Assembly: GCA_964057225.1 (NCBI GenBank) | Contig: OZ059900.1 | Location: 2,294,001 to 2,358,000, forward strand | Reading direction: 5' to 3' | Origin: Auanema rhodensis | Taxonomy: Eukaryota > Animalia > Nematoda | Length of the DNA: 64,000 nucleotides | Part shown: positions 1 through 12,493 of the stretch, piece by piece | Layout of the letters: the number at the start of each line of letters is the position of its first letter | How positions within the stretch are numbered: position 1 is the first letter of the stretch | Translations under genes and position numbers: made by a program | Notes under the pieces: generated by a model | Told to the model about the DNA's origin: nothing | Databases searched by the model: none | The model's input: only the letters and a program-made list of their open reading frames with translations

Positions 1-41
1 ATACACTAATAATGATTAAATCACTGATTTTCAGTCAAATA

Positions 42-388
42 GCATTACTACACTAAGTATGGTCGTTTTTATGCCTTTAACACCATATACTCACCGATTT
101 TTGGTACAAAATCTGTAATACTTGTAAATTTTGATCATATTTGTTAAGATTCGAGAATCAAACACATAATACACGAAATAAGTCTATTTTTACAAGTTTG
201 CACTGATATTTATTCATTTTGATCAAAAAAGGTCGAAAATAGAAAGAATTTTTGAAATTTCCGAGTTTTGAGTCCAATTTGGCTAAATCGCTCATATATA
301 AGATCAAAAGCATAGTTTTATTGTCTATAACAACAAAAGTCATCAATTAAACGCTAGTGATATTTAAATACTGATTTTCGCTCAAGTA
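42..388. repeat. Representative 347-bp monomer (type A tail: CATCAATTAAACGCTAGTGAT(G/A)TTTAAATACTG)
   Basis: Anchor to anchor, 42 to 389 = 347 bp. The tail lacks the C seen in type B (TAAATACTG vs TAAATCACTG). Confidence 0.95.
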
Positions 389-735
389 GCATTACTACAC
401 TAAGTATGGTCGTTTTTATGCCTTTAACACCATATACTCAACGATTTTTGGTACAAAATCTGTAATACTCGTAAATTTTGATCATATTCGTTAAGATTTG
501 AGAATCAAACATACAATACACAAAATCAGTCTATTTTTATGAGCTTGCACTGATATATATTCATTTTGATCAAAAAAGGTCGAAAATAGAAAGAATTTTT
601 GAAATTTCCGAGTTTTGAGTCTAATTTGGCTAAATCGCTCATATACATGATCAGAAGCATAGTTTTATTGTCTATGACAACAAAAGTCATCAATTAAACG
701 CTAGTGATGTTTAAATACTGATTTTCGCTCAAATA

Positions 736-1083
736 GCATTACTACACTAAGTATGGTCGTTTTTATGCCTTTAACACCATATACTCACCGATTTTTGGTA
801 CAAAATCTGTAATACTCGTAAATTTTGATCATATTCGTTAAGATTTGAAAATCAAACACACAATAAACAAAATCAGTCTATTTTTATGAGTTTGCACTGA
901 TATATATTCATTTTGATCAAAAAAGGTCGAAAATAGAAAGAATTTTTGAATTTTCCGAGTTTTGAGTCCAATTGGGCTAAATCGCTCATATATATGATCA
1001 AAAGCATAGTTTTACTGTCTATGATAACAAAAGTCTTCAAATATACACTAATAATGATTAAATCACTGAATTTCACTCAAATA
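736..1083. repeat. Representative 348-bp monomer (type B tail: CTTCAAATATACACTAATAATGATTAAATCACTG)
   Basis: Anchor to anchor, 736 to 1084 = 348 bp, with the alternative tail haplotype. Confidence 0.95.
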
Positions 1084-4000
1084 GCATTACTACACTAAGT
1101 ATGGTCGTTTTTATGCCTTTAACACCATATACTCACCGATTTTTGGTACAAAATCTGTGATACTCGTAAATTTTGATCATATTCGTTAAGATTCGAAAAT
1201 CAAACACACAATACACGAAATAAGTTTATTTTTACAAGTTTGCACTGATATTTATTCATTTTGATCAAAAAAGGTCGAAAATAGAAAGAATTTTTGAAAT
1301 TTCCGAGTTTTGAGTCTAATTTGGCTAAATCGCTCATATATATGATCAAAAGCATAGTTTTATTGTCTATGACAACAAAAGTCATCAATTAAACGCTAGT
1401 GATGTTTAAATACTGAATTTCGCTCAAATAGCATTACTACACTAAGTATGGTCGTTTTTATGCCTTTAACACCATATACTCACCGATTTTTGGTACAAAA
1501 TCTGTGATACTCGTAAATTTTGATCATATTCGTTAAGATTTGAGAATCAAACATACAATACACAAAATCAGTCTATTTTTATGAGCTTGCACTGATATAT
1601 ATTCATTTTGATCAAAAAAGGTCGAAAATAGAAAGAATTTTTGAAATTTCCGAGTTTTGAGTCTAATTTGGCTAAATCGCTCATATATATGATCAAAAGC
1701 ATAGTTTTACTGTCTATGATAACAAAAGTCTTCAAATATACACTAATAATGATTAAATCACTGATTTTCAGTCAAATAGCATTACTACACTAAGTATGGT
1801 CGTTTTTATGCCTTTAACACCATATACTCACCGATTTTTGGTACAAAATCTGTAATACTTGTAAATTTTGATCATATTTGTTAAGATTCGAGAATCAAAC
1901 ACATAATACACGAAATAAGTCTATTTTTACAAGTTTGCACTGATATTTATTCATTTTGATCAAAAAAGGTCGAAAATAGAAAGAATTTTTGAAATTTCCG
2001 AGTTTTGAGTCCAATTTGGCTAAATCGCTCATATATAAGATCAAAAGCATAGTTTTATTGTCTATAACAACAAAAGTCATCAATTAAACGCTAGTGATAT
2101 TTAAATACTGATTTTCGCTCAAGTAGCATTACTACACTAAGTATGGTCGTTTTTATGCCTATAACACCATATACTCACCGATTTTTGGTACAAAATCTGT
2201 AATACTTGTAAATTTTGATCATATTCGTTAAGATTTGAGAATCGAACATACAATACACAAAATCAGTCTATTTTTACAAGTTTGCACTGATATTTATTCA
2301 TTTTGATCAAAAAAGGTCGAAAATAGAAAGAATTTTTGAAATTTCCGAGTTTTGAGTCCAATTTGGCTAAATCGCTCATATATATGATCAAAAGCATAGT
2401 TTTATTGTCTATGACAACAAAAGTCATCAATTAAACGCTAGTGATATTTAAATACTGATTTTCGCTCAAGTAGCATTACTACACTAAGTATGGTCGTTTT
2501 TATGCCTTTAACACCATATACTCACCGATTTTTGGTACAAAATCTGTAATACTTGTAAATTTTGATCATATTTGTTAAGATTCGAGAATCAAACAAACAA
2601 TACACAAAATCAGTCTATTTTTATGAGCTTGCACTGATATATATTCATTTTGATCAAAAAAGGTCGAAAATAGAAAGAATTTTTGAAATTTCCGAGTTTT
2701 GAGTCTAATTTGGCTAAATCGCTCATATATATGATCAAAAGCATAGTTTTATTGTCTATGACAACAAAAGTCATCAATTAAACGCTAGTGATGTTTAAAT
2801 ACTGAATTTCGCTCAAATAGCATTACTACACTAAGTATGGTCGTTTTTATGCCTTTAACACCATATACTCACCGATTTTTGGTACAAAATCTGTAATACT
2901 TGTAAATTTTGATCATATTTGTTAAGATTCGAGAATCAAACACATAATACACGAAATAAGTCTATTTTTACAAGTTTGCACTGATATTTATTCATTTTGA
3001 TCAAAAAAGGTCGAAAATAGAAAGAATTTTTGAAATTTCCGAGTTTTGAGTCTAATTTGGCTAAATCGCTCATATATAAGATCAGAAGCATAGTTTTATT
3101 GTCTATGACAACAAAAATCATCAATTAAACGCTAGTGATGTTTAAATACTGATTTTCGCTCAAATAGCATTACTACACTAAGTATGGTCGTTTTTATGCC
3201 TTTAACACCATATACTCACCGATTTTTGGTACAAAATCTGTAATACTCGTAAAATTTGATCATATTTGTTAAGATTTGAGAATCAAACACACAATACACG
3301 AAATAAGTTTATTTTGACGAGTTTGCACTGGTATTTATTCATTTTGATCAAAAAAGGTCGAAAATAGAAAGAATTTTTGAATTTTCCGAGTTTTGAGTCC
3401 AATTGGGCTAAATCGCTCATATATATGATCAAAAGCATAGTTTTACTGTCTATGATAACAAAAGTCTTCAAATATACACTAATAATGATTGAATCACTGA
3501 ATTTCACTCAAATAGCATTACTACACTAAGTATGGTCGTTTTTATGCCTTTAACACCATATACTCACCGATTTTTGGTACAAAATCTGTAATACTCGTAA
3601 ATTTTGATCATATTCGTTAAGATTTGAGAATCAAACATACAATACACAAAATCAGTCTATTTTTATGAGCTTGCACTGATATATATTCATTTTGATCAAA
3701 AAAGGTCGAAAATAGAAAGAATTTTTGAAATTTCCGAGTTTTGAGTCTAATTTGGCTAAATCGCTCATATATATGATCAAAAGCATAGTTTTACTGTCTA
3801 TGATAACAAAAGTTTTCAAATATACACTAATAATGTGTAAATCACTGAATTTCACTCAAATAGCTTTACTACACTAAGTATGGTCGTTTTTATGCCTTTA
3901 ACACCATATACTCAACGATTTTTGGTACAAAATCTGTAATACTCGTAAATTTTGATCATATTCGTTAAGATTTGAGAATCAAACATACAATACACAAAAT

Positions 4001-7000
4001 CAGTCTATTTTTATGAGCTTGCACTGATATATATTCATTTTGATCAAAAAAGGTCAAAAATAGAAAGAATTTTTGAAATTTCCGAGTTTTGAGTCTAATT
4101 TGGCTAAATCGCTCATATATATGATCAGAAGCATAGGTGTATTGTCTATGATAACAAAAGTCTTCAAATATACACTAATAATGATTAAATCACTGAATTT
4201 CACTCAAATAGCATTACTACACTAAGTATGGTCGTTTTTATGCCTTTAACACCATATACTCACCGATTTTTGGTACAAAATCTGTGATACTCGTAAATTT
4301 TGATCATATTCGTTAAGATTTGAAAATCAAACACACAATAAACAAAATCAGTCTATTTTTATGAGTTTGCACTGATATATATTCATTTTGATCAAAAAAG
4401 GTCGAAAATAGAAAGAATTTTTGAAATTTCCGAGTTTTGAGTCTAATTTGGCTAAATCGCTCATATATAAGATCAAAAGCATAGTTTTACTGTCTATGAT
4501 AACAAAAGTCTTCAAATTTACACTATTAATGTGTAAATCACTGAATTTCACTCAAATAGCTTTACTACACTAAGTATGGTCGTTTTTATGCCTTTAACAC
4601 CATATACTCACCGATTTTTGGTACAAAATCTGTAATACTCGTAAATTTCGATCATATTCGTTAAGATTTGAGAATCAAACATACAATACACAAAATCAGT
4701 CTATTTTTATGAGCTTGCACTGATATATATTCATTTTGATCAAAAAAGGTCGAAAATAGAAAGAATTTTTGAAATTTCCGAGTTTTGAGTCTAATTTGGC
4801 TAAATCGCTCATATACATGATCAGAAGCATAGTTTTATTGTCTATGACAACAAAAATCATCAATTAAACGCTAGTGATGTTTAAATACTGATTTTCGCTC
4901 AAATAGCATTACTACACTAAGTATGGTCGTTTTTATGCCTTTAACACCATATACTCACCGATTTTTGGTACAAAATCTGTAATACTCGTAAATTTTGATC
5001 ATATTCGTTAAGATTTGAAAATCAAACACACAATAAACAAAATCAGTCTATTTTTATGAGTTTGCACTGATATATATTCATTTTGATCAAAAAAGGTCGA
5101 AAATAGAAAGAATTTTTGAATTTTCCGAGTTTTGAGTCCAATTGGGCTAAATCGCTCATATATATGATCAAAAGCATAGTTTTACTGTCTATGATAACAA
5201 AAGTCTTCAAATATACACTAATAATGATTAAATCACTGAATTTCACTCAAATAGCATTACTACACTAAGTATGGTCGTTTTTATGCCTTTAACACCATAT
5301 ACTCACCGATTTTTGGTACAAAATCTGTGATACTCGTAAATTTTGATCATATTCGTTAAGATTTGAAAATCAAACACACAATAAACAAAATCAGTCTATT
5401 TTTATGAGTTTGCACTGATATATATTCATTTTGATCAAAAAAGGTCGAAAATAGAAAGAATTTTTGAAATTTCCGAGTTTTGAGTCTAATTTGGCTAAAT
5501 CGCTCATATATAAGATCAAAAGCATAGTTTTACTGTCTATGATAACAAAAGTCTTCAAATTTACACTAATAATGTGTAAATCACTGAATTTCACTCAAAT
5601 AGCTTTACTACACTAAGTATGGTCGTTTTTATGCCTTTAACACCATATACTCACCGATTTTTGGTACAAAATCTGTAATACTCGTAAATTTCGATCATAT
5701 TCGTTAAGATTTGAGAATCAAACATACAATACACAAAATAAGTCTATTTTTACAAGTTTGCACTGATATTTATTCATTTTGATCAAAAAAGGTCGAAAAT
5801 AGAAAGAATTTTTGAAATTTCCGAGTTTTGAGTCCAATTTGGCTAAATCGCTCATATATATGATCAAAAGCATAGTTTTATTGTCTATGACAACAAAAGT
5901 CATCAATTAAACGCTAGTGATGTTTAAATACTGAATTTCACTCAAATAGCATTACTACACTAAGTATGGTCGTTTTTATGCCTTTAACACCATATACTCA
6001 CCGATTTTTGGTACAAAATCTGTAATACTCGTAAATTTTGATCATATTCGTTGAGATTTGAGAATCAAACATACAATACACAAAATCAGTCTATTTTTAT
6101 GAGCTTGCACTGATATATATTCATTTTGATCAAAAAAGGTCGAAAATAGAAAGAATTTTTGAAATTTCCGAGTTTTGAGTCTAATTTGGCTAAATCGCTC
6201 ATATATATGATCAAAAGCATAGTTTTATTGTCTATGACAACAAAAGTCATCAATTAAACGCTAGTGATGTTTAAATACTGAATTTCGCTCAAATAGCATT
6301 ACTACACTAAGTATGGTCGTTTTTATGCCTTTAACACCATATACTCACCGATTTTTGGTACAAAATCTGTGATACTCGTAAATTTTGATCATATTCGTTA
6401 AGATTTGAAAATCAAACACACAATAAACAAAATCAGTCTATTTTTATGAGTTTGCACTGATATATATTCATTTTGATCAAAAAAGGTCGAAAATAGAAAG
6501 AATTTTTGAAATTTCCGAGTTTTGAGTCTAATTTGGCTAAATCGCTCATATATAAGATCAAAAGCATAGTTTTACTGTCTATGATAACAAAAGTCTTCAA
6601 ATTTACACTAATAATGTGTAAATCACTGAATTTCACTCAAATAGCTTTACTACACTAAGTATGGTCGTTTTTATGCCTTTAACACCATATACTCACCGAT
6701 TTTTGGTACAAAATCTGTAATACTCGTAAATTTCGATCATATTCGTTAAGATTTGAGAATCAAACATACAATACACAAAATCAGTCTATTTTTATGAGCT
6801 TGCACTGATATATATTCATTTTGATCAAAAAAGGTCGAAAATAGAAAGAATTTTTGAAATTTCCGAGTTTTGAGTCTAATTTGGCTAAATCGCTCATATA
6901 CATGATCAGAAGCATAGTTTTATTGTCTATGACAACAAAAATCATCAATTAAACGCTAGTGATGTTTAAATACTGATTTTCGCTCAAATAGCATTACTAC

Positions 7001-10000
7001 ACTAAGTATGGTCGTTTTTATGCCTTTAACACCATATACTCACCGATTTTTGGTACAAAATCTGTAATACTCGTAAATTTTGATCATATTCGTTAAGATT
7101 TGAAAATCAAACACACAATAAACAAAATCAGTCTATTTTTATGAGTTTGCACTGATATATATTCATTTTGATCAAAAAAGGTCGAAAATAGAAAGAATTT
7201 TTGAATTTTCCGAGTTTTGAGTCCAATTGGGCTAAATCGCTCATATATATGATCAAAAGCATAGTTTTACTGTCTATGATAACAAAAGTCTTCAAATATA
7301 CACTAATAATGATTAAATCACTGAATTTCACTCAAATAGCATTACTACACTAAGTATGGTCGTTTTTATGCCTTTAACACCATATACTCACCGATTTTTG
7401 GTACAAAATCTGTGATACTCGTAAATTTTGATCATATTCGTTAAGATTTGAGAATCAAACATACAATACACAAAATCAGTCTATTTTTATGAGCTTGCAC
7501 TGATATATATTCATTTTGATCAAAAAAGGTCGAAAATAGAAAGAATTTTTGAAATTTCCGAGTTTTGAGTCTAATTTGGCTAAATCGCTCATATATATGA
7601 TCAAAAGCATAGTTTTACTGTCTATGATAACAAAAGTCTTCAAATATACACTAATAATGATTAAATCACTGATTTTCAGTCAAATAGCATTACTACACTA
7701 AGTATGGTCGTTTTTATGCCTTTAACACCATATACTCACCGATTTTTGGTACAAAATCTGTAATACTTGTAAATTTTGATCATATTTGTTAAGATTCGAG
7801 AATCAAACACATAATACACGAAATAAGTCTATTTTTACAAGTTTGCACTGATATTTATTCATTTTGATCAAAAAAGGTCGAAAATAGAAAGAATTTTTGA
7901 AATTTCCGAGTTTTGAGTCCAATTTGGCTAAATCGCTCATATATAAGATCAAAAGCATAGTTTTATTGTCTATAACAACAAAAGTCATCAATTAAACGCT
8001 AGTGATATTTAAATACTGATTTTCGCTCAAGTAGCATTACTACACTAAGTATGGTCGTTTTTATGCCTATAACACCATATACTCACCGATTTTTGGTACA
8101 AAATCTGTAATACTTGTAAATTTTGATCATATTCGTTAAGATTTGAGAATCGAACATACAATACACAAAATCAGTCTATTTTTACAAGTTTGCACTGATA
8201 TTTATTCATTTTGATCAAAAAAGGTCGAAAATAGAAAGAATTTTTGAAATTTCCGAGTTTTGAGTCCAATTTGGCTAAATCGCTCATATATATGATCAAA
8301 AGCATAGTTTTATTGTCTATGACAACAAAAGTCATCAATTAAACGCTAGTGATATTTAAATACTGATTTTCGCTCAAGTAGCATTACTACACTAAGTATG
8401 GTCGTTTTTATGCCTTTAACACCATATACTCACCGATTTTTGGTACAAAATCTGTAATACTCGTAAAATTTGATCATATTTGTTAAGATTCGAGAATCAA
8501 ACACACAATACACAAAATCAGTCTATTTTTATGAGTTTACACTGATATATATTCATTTTCATCAAAAAAGGTCGAAAATAGAAAGAATTTTTGAATTTTC
8601 CGAGTTTTGAGTCGAATTGGGCTAAATCGCTCATATATATGATCAAAAGCATAGTTTTACTGTCTATGATAACAAAAGTCTTCAAATATACACTAATAAT
8701 GATTAAATCACTGAATTTCACTCAAATAGCATTACTACACTAAGTATGGTCGTTTTTATGCCTTTAACACCATATACTCACCGATTTTTGGTACAAAATC
8801 TGTAATACTTGTAAATTTTGATCATATTTGTTAAGATTCGAGAATCAAACACATAATACACAAAATAAGTCTATTTTTACAAGTTTGCACTGATATTTAT
8901 TCATTTTGATCAAAAAAGGTCGAAAATAGAAAGAATTTTTGAAATTTCCGAGTTTTGAGTCCAATTTGGCTAAATCGCTCATATATATGATCAAAAGCAT
9001 AGTTTTATTGTCTATGACAACAAAAGTCATCAATTAAACGCTAGTGATGTTTAAATACTGAATTTCACTCAAATAGCATTACTACACTAAGTATGGTCGT
9101 TTTTATGCCTTTAACACCATATACTCACCGATTTTTGGTACAAAATCTGTAATACTCGTAAATTTTGATCATATTCGTTGAGATTTGAGAATCAAACATA
9201 CAATACACAAAATCAGTCTATTTTTATGAGCTTGCACTGATATATATTCATTTTGATCAAAAAAGGTCGAAAATAGAAAGAATTTTTGAAATTTCCGAGT
9301 TTTGAGTCTAATTTGGCTAAATCGCTCATATATATGATCAAAAGCATAGTTTTATTGTCTATGACAACAAAAGTCATCAATTAAACGCTAGTGATGTTTA
9401 AATACTGAATTTCGCTCAAATAGCATTACTACACTAAGTATGGTCGTTTTTATGCCTTTAACACCATATACTCACCGATTTTTGGTACAAAATCTGTAAT
9501 ACTCGTAAATTTTGATCATATTCGTTAAGATTTGAGAATCAAACATACAATACACAAAATCAGTCTATTTTTATGAGCTTGCACTGATATATATTCATTT
9601 TGATCAAAAAAGGTCGAAAATAGAAAGAATTTTTGAAATTTCCGAGTTTTGAGTCTAATTTGGCTAAATCGCTCATATATATGATCAGAAGCATAGGTGT
9701 ATTGTCTATGACAACAAAAGTCATTAATTAAACACTAATGATGTTTAAATCACTAAATTTCGCTCTAATAGCATTACTACACTAAGTATGGTCGTTTTTA
9801 TGCCTTTAACACCATATACTCACCGATTTTTGGTACAAAATCTGTGATACTTGTAAATTTTGATCATATTCGGTGAGATTCGAGAATCGAACACACAATA
9901 CACAAAATAAGTCTATTTTTACGAGTTTGCACTGATATTTATTCATTTTGATCAAAAAAGGTCGAAAATAGAAAGAATTTTTGAATTTTCCGAGTTTTGA

Positions 10001-12355
10001 GTCCAATTGGGCTAAATCGCTCATATATATGATCAAAAGCATAGTTTCACTGTCTATGATAACAAAAGTCTTCAAATATACACTAGTAATGATTAAATCA
10101 CTGAATTTCACTCAAATAGCTTTACTACACTAAGTATGGTCGTTTTTATGCCTTTAACACCATATACTCACCGATTTTTGGTACAAAATCTGTAATACTC
10201 GTAAATTTTGATCATATTCGGTGAGATTCGAGAATCAAACACACAATACACGAAATGAGTTTATTTTGACGAGTTTGCACTGGTATTTATTCATTTTGAT
10301 CAAAAAAGGTCGAAAATAGAAAGAATTTTTGAAATTTCCGAGTTTTGAGTCTAATTTGGCTAAATCGCTCATATATATGATCAAAAGCATAGTTTTACTG
10401 TCTATGATAACAAAAGTCTTCAAATATACACTAATAATGTGTAAATCACTGAATTTCACTCAAATAGCTTTACTACACTAAGTATGGTCGTTTTTATGCC
10501 TTTAACACCATATACTCACCGATTTTTGGTACAAAATCTGTAATACTCGTAAATTTTGATCATGTTCGTTAAGATTCGAGAATCAAACACACAATACACG
10601 AAATAAGTTTATTTTTACAAGTTTGCACTGATATTTATTCATTTTGATCAAAAAAGGTCGAAAATAGAAAGAATTTTTGAAATTTCCGAGTTTTGAGTCC
10701 AATTTGGCTAAATCGCTCATATATATGATCAAAAGCATAGTTTTATTGTCTATAACAACAAAAGTCATCAATTAAACGCTAGTGATGTTTAAATACTGAA
10801 TTTCGCTCAAATAGCATTACTACACTAAGTATGGTCGTTTTTATGCCTTTAACACCATATACTCACCGATTTTTGGTACAAAATCTGTAATACTCGTAAA
10901 TTTTGATCATATTCGTTAAGATTTGAGAATCAAACATACAATACACAAAATCAGTCTATTTTTATGAGCTTGCACTGATATATATTCATTTTGATCAAAA
11001 AAGGTCGAAAATAGAAAGAATTTTTGAAATTTCCGAGTTTTGAGTCTAATTTGGCTAAATCGCTCATATATATGATCAAAAGCATAGTTTTATTGTCTAT
11101 GACAACAAAAGTCATCAATTAAACGCTAGTGATGTTTAAATACTGAATTTCGCTCAAATAGCATTACTACACTAAGTATGGTCGTTTTTATGCCTTTAAC
11201 ACCATATACTCACCGATTTTTGGTACAAAATCTGTAATACTCGTAAATTTCGATCATATTCGTTAAGATTTGAGAATCAAACATACAATACACAAAATCA
11301 GTCTATTTTTATGAGCTTGCACTGATATATATTCATTTTGATCAAAAAAGGTCGAAAATAGAAAGAATTTTTGAAATTTCCGAGTTTTGAGTCTAATTTG
11401 GCTAAATCGCTCATATATATGATCAGAAGCATAGGTGTATTGTCTATGACAACAAAAGTCATTAATTAAACACTAATGATGTTTAAATCACTAAATTTCG
11501 CTCTAATAGCATTACTACACTAAGTATGGTCGTTTTTATGCCTTTAACACCATATACTCACCGATTTTTGGTACAAAATCTGTGATACTCGTAAATTTTG
11601 ATCATATTCGGTGAGATTCGAGAATCGAACACACAATACACAAAATAAGTCTATTTTTACGAGTTTGCACTGATATTTATTCATTTTGATCAAAAAAGGT
11701 CGAAAATAGAAAGAATTTTTGAATTTTCCGAGTTTTGAGTCTAATTTGGCTAAATCGCTCATATATATGATCAAAAGCATAGTTTTACTGTCTATGATAA
11801 CAAAAGTCTTCAAATATACACTAATAATGTGTAAATCACTGAATTTCACTCAAATAGCTTTACTACACTAAGTATGGTCGTTTTTATGCCTTTAACACCA
11901 TATACTCACCGATTTTTGGTACAAAATCTGTAATACTCGTAAATTTTGATCATGTTCGTTAAGATTTGAGAATCAAACACACAATACACGAAATAAGTTT
12001 ATTTTTACGAGTTTGCACTGATATTTATTCATTTTGATCAAAAAAGGTCGAAAATAGAAAGAATTTTTGAATTTTCCGAGTTTTGAGTCCAATTGGGCTA
12101 AATCGCTCATATATATGATCAAAAGCATAGTTTCACTGTCTATGATAACAAAAGTCTTCAAATATACACTAGTAATGATTAAATCACTGAATTTCACTCA
12201 AATAGCTTTACTACACTAAGTATGGTCGTTTTTATGCCTTTAACACCATATACTCACCGATTTTAGGTACAAAATCTGTAATACTCGTAAATTTTGATCA
12301 TATCCGTTAAGATTCGAGAATCAAACACACAATACACGAAATAAGTTTATTTTTA

Positions 12356-12493
12356 CGAGTTTGCACTGATATTTATTCATTTTGATCAAAAAAGGTCGAA
12401 AATAGAAAGAATTTTTGAATTTTCCGAGTTTGCACTGATATTTATTCATTTTGATCAAAAAAGGTCGAAAATAGAAAGAATTTTTGAATTTTC
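12356..12493. repeat. 69-bp intra-monomer tandem duplication (417-bp monomer), copy 1
   Basis: CGAGTTTGCACTG...GAATTTTC is present at 12356-12424 and again at 12425-12493. It gives the duplicated peptide in ORF 12321..12614. Confidence 0.95.

Noticed and set aside
60-340. Phased A/T tracts causing intrinsic curvature
   Set aside because: Tracts are abundant, but I could not establish a ~10.5-bp phase by eye. It needs an AA/TT periodicity calculation.
42-388. Tandem RNA gene cluster (5S rRNA, tRNA, snRNA, spliced leader)
   Set aside because: No recognisable 5S, tRNA or snRNA sequence or Pol III A/B/C boxes, and the GC content is too low. An Rfam/Infernal scan would be the formal test.
132-484. 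~87-bp tetrameric substructure suggested by the TGATCA spacing (88, 81, 178 bp)
   Set aside because: The fourth site is unconvincing (CGCTCA at ~379), the spacing is irregular, and flanking similarity is limited to a few bases. Only the dimer is supported by several landmarks.
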